Source of the DNA: Bacteroidetes bacterium HGW-Bacteroidetes-4
GTDB taxonomy: Bacteria > Bacteroidota > Bacteroidia > Bacteroidales > SZUA-534
DNA: 64,000 nt
Assembly (NCBI GenBank): GCA_002840905.1
Contig: PHDD01000006.1
Location: 8,910-72,909 of the forward strand
Reading direction: 5' to 3'
Shown: piece after piece, positions 48,993 to 59,608 of the stretch
Numbering within the stretch: position 1 is the stretch's first letter
How the letters are laid out: each line of letters starts with the position of its first letter
Translations under genes and position numbers: made by a program
The notes under the pieces: generated by a model
Database searches by the model: none
The model's input: the letters and a program-made list of their open reading frames with translations, nothing else
What the model was told of the DNA's origin: nothing

Positions 48993-51704
48993 TTGAAAAA
49001 CACATTCATTTTGCTACAAATCTACATCAAACATAAACGCATATTTTTTTTGATGATAAGCCTTTTAACGATACAGGCCTGTTCAACAAAAAAAAATACG
49101 GTAGTTACCCGTTCTTTTCATAACCTAACATCATATTATAACGTTTATTACAACGGTAACGAGGCTTTTATAAACGGGGTAAAAAAAATTGACAAATCGT
49201 TTAAAGATAATTACTCCCTGATTTTACCCATTTTTAAATACAGTAATAGCGAAATTACCCGGGGTTCGTTTGGTGAGATGAACCGGGCCATCGAAAAAGG
49301 CTCTAAATGCATTCAAAAACACTCCATCCGGGTTAAGCCCAAGAGAAAAGATGCTAAAAAACAAAGCCAAAAAGACAAGGATTTTTATAACCAGAATGAA
49401 TTTGTAAAATGGATCGACGATTCCTATTTGTTAATTGGGAAAGCCCATTTTTACAAGCACGATTTTTACGCCGCCATCGAAACCTTTAATTACCTTATTC
49501 GCGAATACAGAAGCAAGCCCATTAAGTATGATGCTTACCTGTGGTTATCACGAACTTATATTGAAATGGGAAAATTTGATCAGGCTTTGGAGTTTTTAAG
49601 CAAATTCGAAAGTGAGAAAAATCTGGTTCCAGAACCACTTTTGGGTGAAGTGGCCCTAACCAATGCCGATATTAGAATGAAACAGAAACAATACGAATCG
49701 GCCATTCCCTTTCTTATTCAGGGCATCGATTATACATCGGATAAAAAAAAGAAAGCACGCTATACCTATATTCTTGCGCAGTTGTATCAGCGGAACGATG
49801 AAAAAAACAAAGCCTTCGAAGCTTTTGGAAAGGTAATTGATCAGAATCCCAATTACGAAATGACTTTTAACGCGCGCATTAATCGGGCAAGTATTTTTAA
49901 TGCCTCAGCCGCTGATAGCGGACCCCTAAAAAAAGAGTTAAATAAAATGTTACGCGATGAAAAAAACATCGATTTTCGCGATCAGATTTATTATGCTCTG
50001 GGTAAAATAGCGCTGAACGAATCGCGTAACAACGAAGCCATTGATTTTTTCCTTGAATCGGCACGGGTTAGCACGGTTAATACCAATCAAAAATCGGTTT
50101 CGTATCTGGCAGCTGCCGACTTGTTTTTTGAACAGCCCGAATATCGTAAAGCCCAGGCTTATTATGACAGCGCAGTAGCAATACTTTCGTCCGATTATCC
50201 CGACTACGCAGCTTTAAAAACTAAAAATAAAAACCTGAATGCGCTGGTAACAAATTTGCTGGTAATTGAAGAGCAGGATAGTTTACAACGAATTGCAGCT
50301 TTGCCCGATGCTGAACGAAACGCTCTTATCGATAAATTAATTGCACAAATCATTGATAAGGAAATGGAAGCGAAAGCAGCAAAAGCTAAGCAACAGCAGG
50401 AGATGGCCTTTTTACAACAACAGGGAAACACCATGCGTAACGAAGGGGGTGGTGCCTGGTATTTTTATAATCCGGCTATGTTAAGTATGGGGCAACAAGA
50501 GTTTAAAACCCGTTGGGGCGATCGAAAACTGGAAGACAATTGGCGGCGAAAAAACAAAGCGACTGGTGATTTTGGAGATGCTTTAGCAAATGAAACAACA
50601 GAAACAGATAATGCAAAAAGCAAAATGAGCAATAAAACCCGCGATTATTATCTGGTTGATTTGCCTTTAACGGATTCCGCCATTAAGGTTTCAAACGCTA
50701 AAATTGAGCAGGCATATTTTAATATGGCTACCCTTTACAAAGATAAGTTCTACGATTTTGGACTAAGTATTGATGGCTATTTGAATTTATTAAAAAAGTA
50801 TCCCGACACCGGGCATAAGTTGATTAGTTATTATAATTTGTATAAGCTGTATTTTTTAACCAAAAACTACAATCAGGCCGAGGTATATAAAAACCGGGTG
50901 ATTAATGAATTTCCTAACAGTGAATATGCCAAAGTATTAGGTAATCCCGAGTATTTTAAAGAACTCGAAAAAATTGACAATCAGGTTAAATTCATGTATC
51001 AGGCTACTTACAAGTATTTTATCAATAACAATTGCAACGAGGTGCATTACAATTATCAATACGTCGATTCTGCTTTTTCCGAAAGCACCCTGTTGCCCAA
51101 GTTTGCTTTACTTAGCCATTTGTGTGTAGGCCATACCGGCGACACCCTGGCTTTAAAAAATCTGTTAACATCGTTTGTAACCCGTTTTGCGGGCAAAGAA
51201 GAAGTTGTTTATGCAAACGAAGTGCTGGCTGCTTTGGAACGCAAACCGCGCGAAGTTATTCTTGAAGAAGTAGAACCTGTTTTTGGAAGTGAATTAGCCG
51301 AAGTTTCAGCTATTGACTCTGCCGATCTGGCCATTTATAAAGTTGATCTTAGCCAACCGCATTATTACATGGTGGTAGTGGCTAACCAAAAAGTGAGCGC
51401 CAATTTGGTACAGTTTCGTGTGCAAAATTTTAACATTGATTACTACGACTTCCTGAATTTTGAAGTTGAAAACCAATTGCTATCAGCCGATTATTCACTG
51501 GTAATGGTAAAGCTGTTTAAAAACCGGAATATGGCCAACAATTATTATGAATCGGTTCGAATTGCCGGCGACGTGCTTAGTGATTTTGATGACGACAGCT
51601 ACCGCGATTTTATTATCTCAACCGATAACCTAAAAACCTTTTTAGAGGATAAAAACGTACTCAAATACCAAAAATTCTTCGATAACAACTATTTAAAAAA
51701 GTAA
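48993..51704 (+). CDS. porW: T9SS periplasmic TPR lipoprotein PorW/SprE
   Basis: Lipobox LTIQAC followed by STKKNTVVTRSFHNLTSYYNVYYNG, which I recall as the SprE N-terminal signature. Multiple TPRs, about 900 aa. Confidence 0.7.
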   Translation: MKNTFILLQIYIKHKRIFFLMISLLTIQACSTKKNTVVTRSFHNLTSYYNVYYNGNEAFINGVKKIDKSFKDNYSLILPIFKYSNSEITRGSFGEMNRAIEKGSKCIQKHSIRVKPKRKDAKKQSQKDKDFYNQNEFVKWIDDSYLLIGKAHFYKHDFYAAIETFNYLIREYRSKPIKYDAYLWLSRTYIEMGKFDQALEFLSKFESEKNLVPEPLLGEVALTNADIRMKQKQYESAIPFLIQGIDYTSDKKKKARYTYILAQLYQRNDEKNKAFEAFGKVIDQNPNYEMTFNARINRASIFNASAADSGPLKKELNKMLRDEKNIDFRDQIYYALGKIALNESRNNEAIDFFLESARVSTVNTNQKSVSYLAAADLFFEQPEYRKAQAYYDSAVAILSSDYPDYAALKTKNKNLNALVTNLLVIEEQDSLQRIAALPDAERNALIDKLIAQIIDKEMEAKAAKAKQQQEMAFLQQQGNTMRNEGGGAWYFYNPAMLSMGQQEFKTRWGDRKLEDNWRRKNKATGDFGDALANETTETDNAKSKMSNKTRDYYLVDLPLTDSAIKVSNAKIEQAYFNMATLYKDKFYDFGLSIDGYLNLLKKYPDTGHKLISYYNLYKLYFLTKNYNQAEVYKNRVINEFPNSEYAKVLGNPEYFKELEKIDNQVKFMYQATYKYFINNNCNEVHYNYQYVDSAFSESTLLPKFALLSHLCVGHTGDTLALKNLLTSFVTRFAGKEEVVYANEVLAALERKPREVILEEVEPVFGSELAEVSAIDSADLAIYKVDLSQPHYYMVVVANQKVSANLVQFRVQNFNIDYYDFLNFEVENQLLSADYSLVMVKLFKNRNMANNYYESVRIAGDVLSDFDDDSYRDFIISTDNLKTFLEDKNVLKYQKFFDNNYLKK

Positions 51705-51926
51705 TTATTGATAAAACTACTACCCGTTTTATAACTTTGTTTCTTTCCTTTTGTTAAACATGCATACAATGTGGTGAATTCGCTTAGCACGGTTCTTGTA
51801 TAATTAAAACTTTAAATAGATGAACACACCTGTTTTAAAAATGAAAAAACAATAGGAATAAACCCTCAGGATGTGTTTAACGTCTGCCGATAAGCGGGCG
51901 TCGATATTAAAAAAATTAACTTTATT

Positions 51927-53486
51927 ATGATGAAAGCAGTCAATATACTTTGGGTCGACGACGAGATTGAACTACTAAAACCCCATATTATTTTTTTAGA
52001 ATCGAAAGGTTATCGGGTTGAAACCGTAAATAATGGTGCCGATGCCATTGATATGGTTCGTGATAAGGAGTTTGATTTAATTTTTCTCGATGAAAACATG
52101 CCCGGATTAAGTGGCCTTGAAACCTTATCGAAAATTAAAGATATGGCTCCGGTTCTTCCTGTGGTTATGATAACAAAAAGCGAAGAAGAGTATATAATGG
52201 AGGAAGCCATTGGCTCAAAGATTGCCGACTACCTGATAAAACCGGTGAATCCCAAGCAAATATTAATGGCGATCAAAAAAATTACCGAACAACGCAGGCT
52301 GGTAGGTCAAAAAACAACAGCAAATTATCAGGCCGAATTTAATCGACTGGGAATGGAAATAAGCGATTGCCAAACCGCTCAGGATTGGATAAATGTGTAT
52401 CGCAAACTTGTTTTTTGGGAACTTGAACTCGAAAAACACGCTGAACAAGGTATGGATCAGGTGCTGCAAATGCAACATGTTGACGCCAATAAAGCCTTTG
52501 CCCGCTTCATAAAAAAGAACTATATCGACTGGTTTCAGTCAAACGATACCAAAAAACCATTAATGTCGCCTAATGTTTTTCGTGAGAAGATTTTTCCAAA
52601 GCTCTCGCAACAAAAAAACACGGTAGTTTTTGTTATCGACAACCTGAGGTATGACCAGTGGAAAATGTTGGAACCCCTATTGGCTCCTTATTATTCGGTA
52701 AAATCAGATGATTTGTTTTATAGTATTTTGCCTACCGCTACTCAGTTTGCCCGAAATGCCATGTTTGCCGGGTTAATGCCTTCTGAAATTGAGAAACTGC
52801 ATCCCGAATATTGGTTAAACGAAGCCGATGAGGGCAGTAAAAACCAGTTTGAAGAGCAACTGATGCAAAAGCAGATGAGTCGCTTGGGTATAAAGGCGAG
52901 TTTATTTTACGAAAAAGTAAACAATATCGATAAAGGACGCAAACTCGTAAATAATCTCGGTGGGTTGTTAAACCATAATTTATCGGTTATAGTGGTAAAT
53001 TTTGTCGATATGTTGTCGCATGCACGTACCGAAATGGATATGATTCGTGAATTGGCATCCGATGAATCGGCTTACCGGAGCATTACGCTATCGTGGTTTG
53101 AGCACAGCAGTTTGTTTGAATTAATAAAACAACTCTCCGAAAAAGAAATTCCGGTGGCCATTACTACCGACCATGGCACCATTCGGGTCCATAATCCCGT
53201 AAAAATTGCCGGCGATAAAACCATTAGCACCAACCTGAGGTATAAGCAGGGTAAATCGTTATCTTATAATCCCAAAGAGGTTTTTGAAGTTCCAAATCCA
53301 CAATCGGTTTATTTGCCAAAAATAAATGTCAGTACTTCGTACGCCTTTGCCTGCAACGACGACTTTTTTGCATATCCAAACAACTACAATCACTATGTAA
53401 GTTATTACAAAAACACCTTTCAGCACGGAGGTGTTTCATTGGAAGAAATGTTGATTCCTTTTATCCTTCTTGAACCCCGGAAATAA
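51927..53486 (+). CDS. porX: T9SS response regulator PorX (receiver + PglZ/alkaline-phosphatase-like domain)
   Basis: ILWVDDEIELLKPHI, ITKSEEEYIMEEAIGSKIADYLIKPVNP and NYNHYVSYYKNTFQHGGVSLEEMLIPF match my recollection of PorX orthologs along the whole length. Confidence 0.9.
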   Translation: MMKAVNILWVDDEIELLKPHIIFLESKGYRVETVNNGADAIDMVRDKEFDLIFLDENMPGLSGLETLSKIKDMAPVLPVVMITKSEEEYIMEEAIGSKIADYLIKPVNPKQILMAIKKITEQRRLVGQKTTANYQAEFNRLGMEISDCQTAQDWINVYRKLVFWELELEKHAEQGMDQVLQMQHVDANKAFARFIKKNYIDWFQSNDTKKPLMSPNVFREKIFPKLSQQKNTVVFVIDNLRYDQWKMLEPLLAPYYSVKSDDLFYSILPTATQFARNAMFAGLMPSEIEKLHPEYWLNEADEGSKNQFEEQLMQKQMSRLGIKASLFYEKVNNIDKGRKLVNNLGGLLNHNLSVIVVNFVDMLSHARTEMDMIRELASDESAYRSITLSWFEHSSLFELIKQLSEKEIPVAITTDHGTIRVHNPVKIAGDKTISTNLRYKQGKSLSYNPKEVFEVPNPQSVYLPKINVSTSYAFACNDDFFAYPNNYNHYVSYYKNTFQHGGVSLEEMLIPFILLEPRK

Positions 53487-53671
53487 CTTAATTCTGCGCT
53501 GGTTTTCAATAAATTTATTTGAATCGTTGTTTTGTGACGAGTAAAAAAAGCTTGTTCGTCAATAAAAACAGGTGTTTGATAAACAAAAGGTTGATTGGCA
53601 AACTTTTTTACGTAAACATTGGTTAATTAAATATTTTTCCGAAATTTATACAGCCAAATAATTAACCTGTT

Positions 53672-54055
53672 ATGACTCAAAACTGGAGCAATAAAACCAT
53701 ATTGGTTGCCGAAGATGAACCAGCCAATTTTTTATTTATCGAGAAGATTCTAAATTCTACCGAGGTGAAGATCCTACGGGCTGAAAACGGTTCCGAAGCC
53801 GTAAGTTTGGTTACTTCCCATCCCGAAATTGATTTGGTTTTAATGGATATTTATATGCCAAATTTAGATGGTTTTGAAGCCGCTAAGCAGATAAAAATAC
53901 TTAGGCCGGGCCTGCCGGTAGTGGCACAGACATTTTATCAGCAAGAAATTACTGAAAAGGAATTTGGCAATTCAGGGTTCGATGCCATAATTCGTAAACC
54001 AGTCAATATTAATAAATTGCTGGCCATGCTAGAGCGGTTTTTGGTTAAAGGATAA
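53672..54055 (+). CDS. Stand-alone receiver domain (CheY-like response regulator)
   Basis: ILVAEDE, LVLMDIYMP, and a conserved K in IRKP. Confidence 0.9.
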   Translation: MTQNWSNKTILVAEDEPANFLFIEKILNSTEVKILRAENGSEAVSLVTSHPEIDLVLMDIYMPNLDGFEAAKQIKILRPGLPVVAQTFYQQEITEKEFGNSGFDAIIRKPVNINKLLAMLERFLVKG

Positions 54056-54111
54056 ATTCACGAAGTAAGTAATTTCGCTGTGTGTTTTTTTGCCTTCGCA
54101 GTTAACAATAC

Positions 54112-54837
54112 TTATTTTACTACTCCCAATTTTAAATTTCGGAACATTAAACGTTCGTTTTTTCTGAACACATAAACCAACCCATAGTTTTCAGCCTGTT
54201 CTCGCTTCTCTTCTGCGGGTAAATCAGAAAAATTGTCCTCAATTTCATTCCACAACTGAGCAATTATCTGGTCGGCTTTATTTCGTAGTTCAACTATTTT
54301 TTCTGCCGATTTGGTATGCGTTTCTTGTAAATATTTTTGACTTTGGTGAATCTTTAAGAAATCTTCATAATGCACTTTTACCCTTGCAATAGTTGGGTTT
54401 GTTATGGGAGTCTGACCTGAAGTTAAACGGGTGTACTCCCCCTTAATTAAGCGATCGCCCCATTCTATCAGGTCTTTTTCGGAATTTAACAGGGGCAATT
54501 TCCTTTCGTCTTCGTCCAATCCAAAAATAGCACGGGTTTCCGGTTTAAGTTCGCCCCGTATTATAGCAAAATTTAAAACCTGAATAAAATGCGACACGTA
54601 AAGCCGGGCTTTTTTAAAGCTCTCCTGATGTTTCTTTTGTTTAAGGTTTTGTCGTTCCAGGGCTTCCTTTTGGAATTGGAGGGCTTGTTTAAACTCAGGA
54701 AAAAAATATTTTAATTCCTGGTGGATGGAAACACTAAAAGGTAAGTTGAAAGGAGGAACTCCTTCAGTTTTTTGAAGCGCTTTTTGCATAGCCCTGATTC
54801 GGGCTACATCAGTGTTGGGTAATCGTCGGTAAGGCAT
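54112..54837 (-). CDS. Hypothetical helical protein
   Basis: The ATG at 54837 (MPYRRLPNTDVARIRAMQKAL) is preferred over the ORF-track start at 54906. No family recognised. Confidence 0.5.
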   Translation of the reverse strand: MPYRRLPNTDVARIRAMQKALQKTEGVPPFNLPFSVSIHQELKYFFPEFKQALQFQKEALERQNLKQKKHQESFKKARLYVSHFIQVLNFAIIRGELKPETRAIFGLDEDERKLPLLNSEKDLIEWGDRLIKGEYTRLTSGQTPITNPTIARVKVHYEDFLKIHQSQKYLQETHTKSAEKIVELRNKADQIIAQLWNEIEDNFSDLPAEEKREQAENYGLVYVFRKNERLMFRNLKLGVVK

Positions 54838-55120
54838 AATCGGAGTTATCAACAATTTGTTAATAAAATACGAATATAAGATTTGTATATTAAAAAAACA
54901 ACACATTCGCAGCCGAAATACATTGACATATAAATGGTTATTCCTTTAAGGCGCTTTGATGGCCTGTTTGGGAGGATTTTTAATTTTTATTTTTTTGTGT
55001 TTGTCAGTTGAAACCTTAAAACCTTGCCATTCTGCTAATAAGTATTTTTGTTATGCTGCCTGACATAAACTTTGAATCATATTTGAAAAGGATTACAAGG
55101 GAATTAAAGCGGAAAATAAT

Positions 55121-55128
55121 TAGATTTG
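55121..55128 (+). promoter_or_regulatory. -7 box TAGATTTG upstream of the frd/sdh operon
   Basis: TAnnTTTG match 50 nt upstream of the ATG at 55178. Confidence 0.4.
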
Positions 55129-55177
55129 TTTTTCGTTCAGCAAACAATTAAAACAACTTAATTTAAATAGAATCCTT

Positions 55178-55855
55178 ATGAGCAGTTTTGTTAATTCCTC
55201 CATTGGGAAAAAATTCTTTATGAGCATTACAGGCTTTTTCCTGATGATGTTTTTAGTGGTTCACTTGAGTATAAATTTGCTTTTGTTATTCGACGACAGT
55301 GGCAATTTATTTAACCAGGGCGCCCATTTTATGGCAACCAATCCACTTATTAAAATTGTGGAACCTCTTTTGGCCCTTGGTTTTGTTTTGCATATTTTAT
55401 ATGCTACTTACCTTACGCTGAAAAATCAAAAAGCCCGTCCGGTAAATTACAAAAAAGCCGATTTAAGTAAGTCGAGCTCCTGGGCGTCGCGTAATATGTT
55501 TGTGTTGGGCACCTTAATCCTGATTTTTCTGGTGATTCACATCATAAATTTTTATTGGCAGCTTAAAGTAAGCCATACGGTTCCAGGTGTAATGGTCGAT
55601 GGTGTTGAGATGGAGAATGCCTACGGACTGGTAGCAGGTCTTTTTAAAGCGAGTTTAATTTACTGTTTAATTTATATTACAGGAGCTGTATTTTTGGGAA
55701 TCCACTTAACGCATGGTTTCTGGAGTGCTTTTCAAACCATTGGATGGAACAACGACATTTGGCGCAAACGAATAGAGTTTGTAGGCAAAGTATTTGCAAT
55801 TCTAATTGCTGTTGGATTTTCAATTATTCCACTTTACTTTCTGATTAAGTTTTAA
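55178..55855 (+). CDS. sdhC: Succinate dehydrogenase/fumarate reductase cytochrome b subunit (b558 family)
   Basis: 5-TM protein with conserved His residues. It lies directly upstream of the flavoprotein and Fe-S subunits. Confidence 0.85.
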   Translation: MSSFVNSSIGKKFFMSITGFFLMMFLVVHLSINLLLLFDDSGNLFNQGAHFMATNPLIKIVEPLLALGFVLHILYATYLTLKNQKARPVNYKKADLSKSSSWASRNMFVLGTLILIFLVIHIINFYWQLKVSHTVPGVMVDGVEMENAYGLVAGLFKASLIYCLIYITGAVFLGIHLTHGFWSAFQTIGWNNDIWRKRIEFVGKVFAILIAVGFSIIPLYFLIKF

Positions 55856-55912
55856 GTGTGAGTCTATTGAACAGGCTTTTTATACAAACGATAATTTAAA
55901 AACCATACTAAA

Positions 55913-57853
55913 ATGACAGTTTTAAATTCACATATACCCGAAGGACCTTTGGCCGATAAATGGTCGAAGCATAAACAAAAAATAAAAGTAGTAAGTCCGG
56001 CCAATAAGCGGAAACTTGAAGTAATTGTTGTTGGTACCGGATTAGCCGGTGCAAGTGCCGCAGCAAGCCTTGCTGAACTGGGTTACCAGGTAAAGGCTTT
56101 TTGTTATCAGGACAGTCCTCGTCGGGCTCATTCAATTGCAGCACAAGGAGGTATTAATGCTTCAAAAAATTATCAAAACGATAACGACAGCGTTTACCGT
56201 TTATTCTATGATACCATTAAAGGAGGTGATTATCGTGCCCGCGAAGCCAATGTATATCGTTTGGCTGAAGTTTCAGGAAGTATTATCGACCAGTGTGTTG
56301 CACAGGGAGTTCCTTTTGCCCGTGAGTATGGTGGTAATTTGGCCAATCGCTCTTTTGGTGGAGTGTTGGTTTCACGTACGTTTTATGCCCGGGGTCAAAC
56401 CGGTCAGCAATTGTTGATAGGCGCTTACAGTGCTTTAAATCGCCAAATTGGTAAGGGAACAGTTCAAATGTTTCCACGCCACGAAATGCTCGACCTGGTT
56501 AAAATTGACGGAAAAGCTCGTGGAATTATTGCCCGCGATATGGTAAGTGGCGAGATTAAACGCTATGGTGCTCATGCCGTTGTTATTGCGTCCGGAGGTT
56601 ATGGCAATGTGTTTTTCCTTTCGACTAATGCCATGGGTTGTAATGCCGGGGCAGCATGGCAGGTATACAAACGTGGGGCTTTTATGAGTAATCCGTGTTT
56701 TGTGCAGATTCACCCAACCTGTATCCCGGTTCATGGCGATCAGCAATCAAAGCTTACCTTAATGTCGGAGTCGTTGCGAAACGATGGAAGAATTTGGGTA
56801 CCCAAAAAGAAAGAAGATGCGGAGAAATTGCAAAAAGGTTTGATTAAAGCCAATGACATTCCTGAAGAAGATCGCGATTTTTATCTGGAACGTCGCTATC
56901 CGGCCTATGGAAACCTGGTTCCTCGTGATGTGGCTTCCAGAGCAGCCAAAGAACGCTGCGATGCCGGTTTTGGTGTCAATAATACCGGTTTAGCTGTATA
57001 CCTCGACTTTAAATACGCTATTGAACGATTGGGTCGCGATGTGATTGAGGCGCGTTATGGGAATTTATTCCAGATGTATGAGAAAATTACCGATGCCGAT
57101 CCTTACAAAGAACCCATGATGATTTATCCAGCCATTCACTACAGCATGGGTGGAACCTGGGTCGATTATAATTTGATGACAAACATTCCGGGTTTGTATG
57201 CAATTGGCGAAGCCAATTTTAGCGATCACGGAGCAAACCGTTTGGGTGCTTCAGCACTAATGCAGGGCCTTGCCGACGGTTATTTTGTGCTTCCCTATAC
57301 CATTGGAAATTACCTGGCCGACGAAATTCAGGTTCCCAAAACCGATACCAATGCTCAGGAATTTGCCGAAGCTGAAAAAGCAGTTACCGACCGCTTAAAT
57401 AAACTAATGGCTATAAAAGGAACAAAACCTACCGATTATTTCCATAAAAAATTAGGAAAAATTATGTGGGATTACGTGGGGATGAGCCGAAATGAGGCCG
57501 GTTTGAAAAAAGCCATTGAACTAATTGCTGAAGTTAAAACCGAATTCTGGAAAGACTTGCTAGTTCCGGGCGAACAAAACGAAGTGAATCAGGAATTGGA
57601 AAAAGCCGGACGGGTTGCCGATTTTATTGAATTGGCCGATGTAATGGCACGCGATGCTCTGGCACGTAACGAGTCGTGTGGCGGACACTTCCGAGAAGAA
57701 AGTGTTAGCGAAGAAGGCGAAGCCCAACGAAACGACGAGATAGGAACTTATGTTTCGGCCTGGGAGTATAAAGGTGAAAATCAGGAGCCGGTAATGCATA
57801 AAGAAACGCTGGTTTTTGAAAACGTAGAATTAACTCAGCGAAGCTATAAATAA
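55913..57853 (+). CDS. sdhA: Succinate dehydrogenase/fumarate reductase flavoprotein subunit
   Basis: FAD-binding [21 protein letters not shown] (covalent FAD His) and GANRLG. Confidence 0.95.
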   Translation: MTVLNSHIPEGPLADKWSKHKQKIKVVSPANKRKLEVIVVGTGLAGASAAASLAELGYQVKAFCYQDSPRRAHSIAAQGGINASKNYQNDNDSVYRLFYDTIKGGDYRAREANVYRLAEVSGSIIDQCVAQGVPFAREYGGNLANRSFGGVLVSRTFYARGQTGQQLLIGAYSALNRQIGKGTVQMFPRHEMLDLVKIDGKARGIIARDMVSGEIKRYGAHAVVIASGGYGNVFFLSTNAMGCNAGAAWQVYKRGAFMSNPCFVQIHPTCIPVHGDQQSKLTLMSESLRNDGRIWVPKKKEDAEKLQKGLIKANDIPEEDRDFYLERRYPAYGNLVPRDVASRAAKERCDAGFGVNNTGLAVYLDFKYAIERLGRDVIEARYGNLFQMYEKITDADPYKEPMMIYPAIHYSMGGTWVDYNLMTNIPGLYAIGEANFSDHGANRLGASALMQGLADGYFVLPYTIGNYLADEIQVPKTDTNAQEFAEAEKAVTDRLNKLMAIKGTKPTDYFHKKLGKIMWDYVGMSRNEAGLKKAIELIAEVKTEFWKDLLVPGEQNEVNQELEKAGRVADFIELADVMARDALARNESCGGHFREESVSEEGEAQRNDEIGTYVSAWEYKGENQEPVMHKETLVFENVELTQRSYK

Positions 57854-57923
57854 CATCGGGGTTGTTGGACAGGAGGGTTTTTACCTTTCTCTTTTTCTCA
57901 ATAACACATTAAAATTTTTAAAG

Positions 57924-58685
57924 ATGAGCGAAAAAATATTAAAAGAAATAATAGTAAAAGTCTGGAGACAAAAAAACGCCAGCGATAAAGGACGGTTCGA
58001 AACGTTTACCGTTAACAATATATCAACCGACACTTCCTTTCTTGAAATGCTCGATATTTTGAATTATCAATTGGTTGAAGAAGGAAAGTCGCCTATTGTA
58101 TTCGATCACGATTGCCGCGAAGGGATTTGTGGAACGTGTAGCTTATTTATTAATGGCCGGGCTCATGGCCCCGACGATGATATTACAACCTGCCAGTTGC
58201 ACATGCGCAAGTTTAAAGAGGGGGAAACCATTACCGTTGAACCTTTTCGTGCAGCATCGTTTCCGGTAATAAAAGATTTGATGGTTGATCGATCAGCCTT
58301 CGAAAAAATATTACATGCCGGAGGTTTTGTTTCGGTGAATACCGGAGGTGTTCCCGATGGTAACGCTATTCCCATTGGCTATGACGATGCCGAAGCGGCC
58401 ATGGATGCTGCTTCGTGTATTGGTTGTGGCGCCTGTGTGGCAACATGTAAAAACTCGTCGGCCATGCTTTTTGTATCAGCCAAAGTATCGCATCTTGCCC
58501 GACTACCGCAAGGTAAAGTTGAGGCTGCCCGCCGGGCTCGTGCTATGGTTTCAAAAATGGATGAACTGGGTTTTGGTAATTGTTCCAATACAGGAGCTTG
58601 TGAAGTAGAATGTCCTAAAGGAATTTCTATTGCTAACATTGCCACCTTAAATCGCGAATACCTTAAGGCAAAAATTGCAGAATAG
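57924..58685 (+). CDS. sdhB: Succinate dehydrogenase/fumarate reductase iron-sulfur subunit
   Basis: [20 protein letters not shown] and [12 protein letters not shown] cluster motifs. Confidence 0.95.
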   Translation: MSEKILKEIIVKVWRQKNASDKGRFETFTVNNISTDTSFLEMLDILNYQLVEEGKSPIVFDHDCREGICGTCSLFINGRAHGPDDDITTCQLHMRKFKEGETITVEPFRAASFPVIKDLMVDRSAFEKILHAGGFVSVNTGGVPDGNAIPIGYDDAEAAMDAASCIGCGACVATCKNSSAMLFVSAKVSHLARLPQGKVEAARRARAMVSKMDELGFGNCSNTGACEVECPKGISIANIATLNREYLKAKIAE

Positions 58686-58705
58686 TAACGGTTTTATAAA
58701 ACAGA

Positions 58706-58737
58706 ACCCGTTGGATTTATACCAGCGGGTTTTTTTT
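58706..58737 (+). terminator. Rho-independent terminator after sdhB
   Basis: acccgttgg atttata ccagcgggt followed by TTTTTTT. Confidence 0.8.
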
Positions 58738-58794
58738 ATGGTTTTTTATAAATAAGCGTCATCGAATGTTTAAGAGCAAAGGGTTTTTTCCAAA

Positions 58795-59526
58795 TTACAA
58801 CGATGTGGTTTGTTCTGTTATTTTAAGATTGTTTAAATCGGTTTTAAAGGCAATCCAACATACAAAATCCCTTGTAGTGTAGTTCTTGTTCACTTCAATT
58901 AAATAATGTGCTTCATTGGCGCTTATATGATTTGGTTTTTTTACAAGGTGGGTTTCTGTTCCGATAAAAACCGTGAGTTGTCTTAGCTGTTTTATTTTTT
59001 TCCCCGAGATGATAAAAAGAATAAAATTTTGGTTTTGGGTGTATTTTTCAGCCCGAATGGAATAATCAGGATAGTCATCAATTGGTTTTCCGGTAGTGGT
59101 AAACTCTTTGGTGCCGGGTTGTAAAGTGTCGTTTTTGAAAGGTATCTCTGCCATAAGAATTCCGTTTTCGTAAAACTTTTGTTGAATCCCGTTTCTGTAA
59201 TTGTTTAAATAGGGAGTAACCCGATACTTTTTACCACTTTGATAATACCAGGTACTGTTTCCTTGTTTCATCCCATTCAAGTAATGCATTTCACTGTGAA
59301 CCGTTCCATCGGAATAGTAATTGTGTGCAATCCCGTGATGGACTCCGTTTAACGTTTCCGCATCGGATTCGAGCCTTCCTTTTTCATCGAAACGTTTTTT
59401 TACTTCAATTTTGGGCTGATTATCCTGTATGGCTTTTCCCTGGTTTTCAGCCTTTTTTTTATCGTAAATAACATAAATAAGCAGCGCCAGAATTATGATG
59501 GCGATAATTCCTTTAATATCTTTCAT
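58795..59526 (-). CDS. MORN-variant repeat protein (YwqK-like), membrane anchored
   Basis: N-terminal TM and repeated Y(Y/F).(S/N)G......Y.NG..(Q/H)G units. Confidence 0.65.
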   Translation of the reverse strand: MKDIKGIIAIIILALLIYVIYDKKKAENQGKAIQDNQPKIEVKKRFDEKGRLESDAETLNGVHHGIAHNYYSDGTVHSEMHYLNGMKQGNSTWYYQSGKKYRVTPYLNNYRNGIQQKFYENGILMAEIPFKNDTLQPGTKEFTTTGKPIDDYPDYSIRAEKYTQNQNFILFIISGKKIKQLRQLTVFIGTETHLVKKPNHISANEAHYLIEVNKNYTTRDFVCWIAFKTDLNNLKITEQTTSL

Positions 59527-59608
59527 TTTATTTGTGCTTTGTTTCTTATTAAATAATTGGAGAAACTATAACAGGTCACATTCTATTGATTGTTAAAAAA
59601 AATGCACA

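Noticed and set aside
51927-53486. A PglZ domain, which could hint at a BREX-type phage defence system.
   Set aside because: The PglZ domain is fused to an N-terminal receiver and matches PorX along its whole length. No BREX partners (PglX methyltransferase, BrxC ATPase, BrxL and so on) are nearby.
58795-59526. A YwqK-like 'antitoxin' protein that could mark a toxin-antitoxin or polymorphic toxin locus.
   Set aside because: There is no adjacent toxin ORF. The protein has its own membrane anchor and is flanked by terminators. MORN-variant repeat proteins are common stand-alone genes in Bacteroidota.
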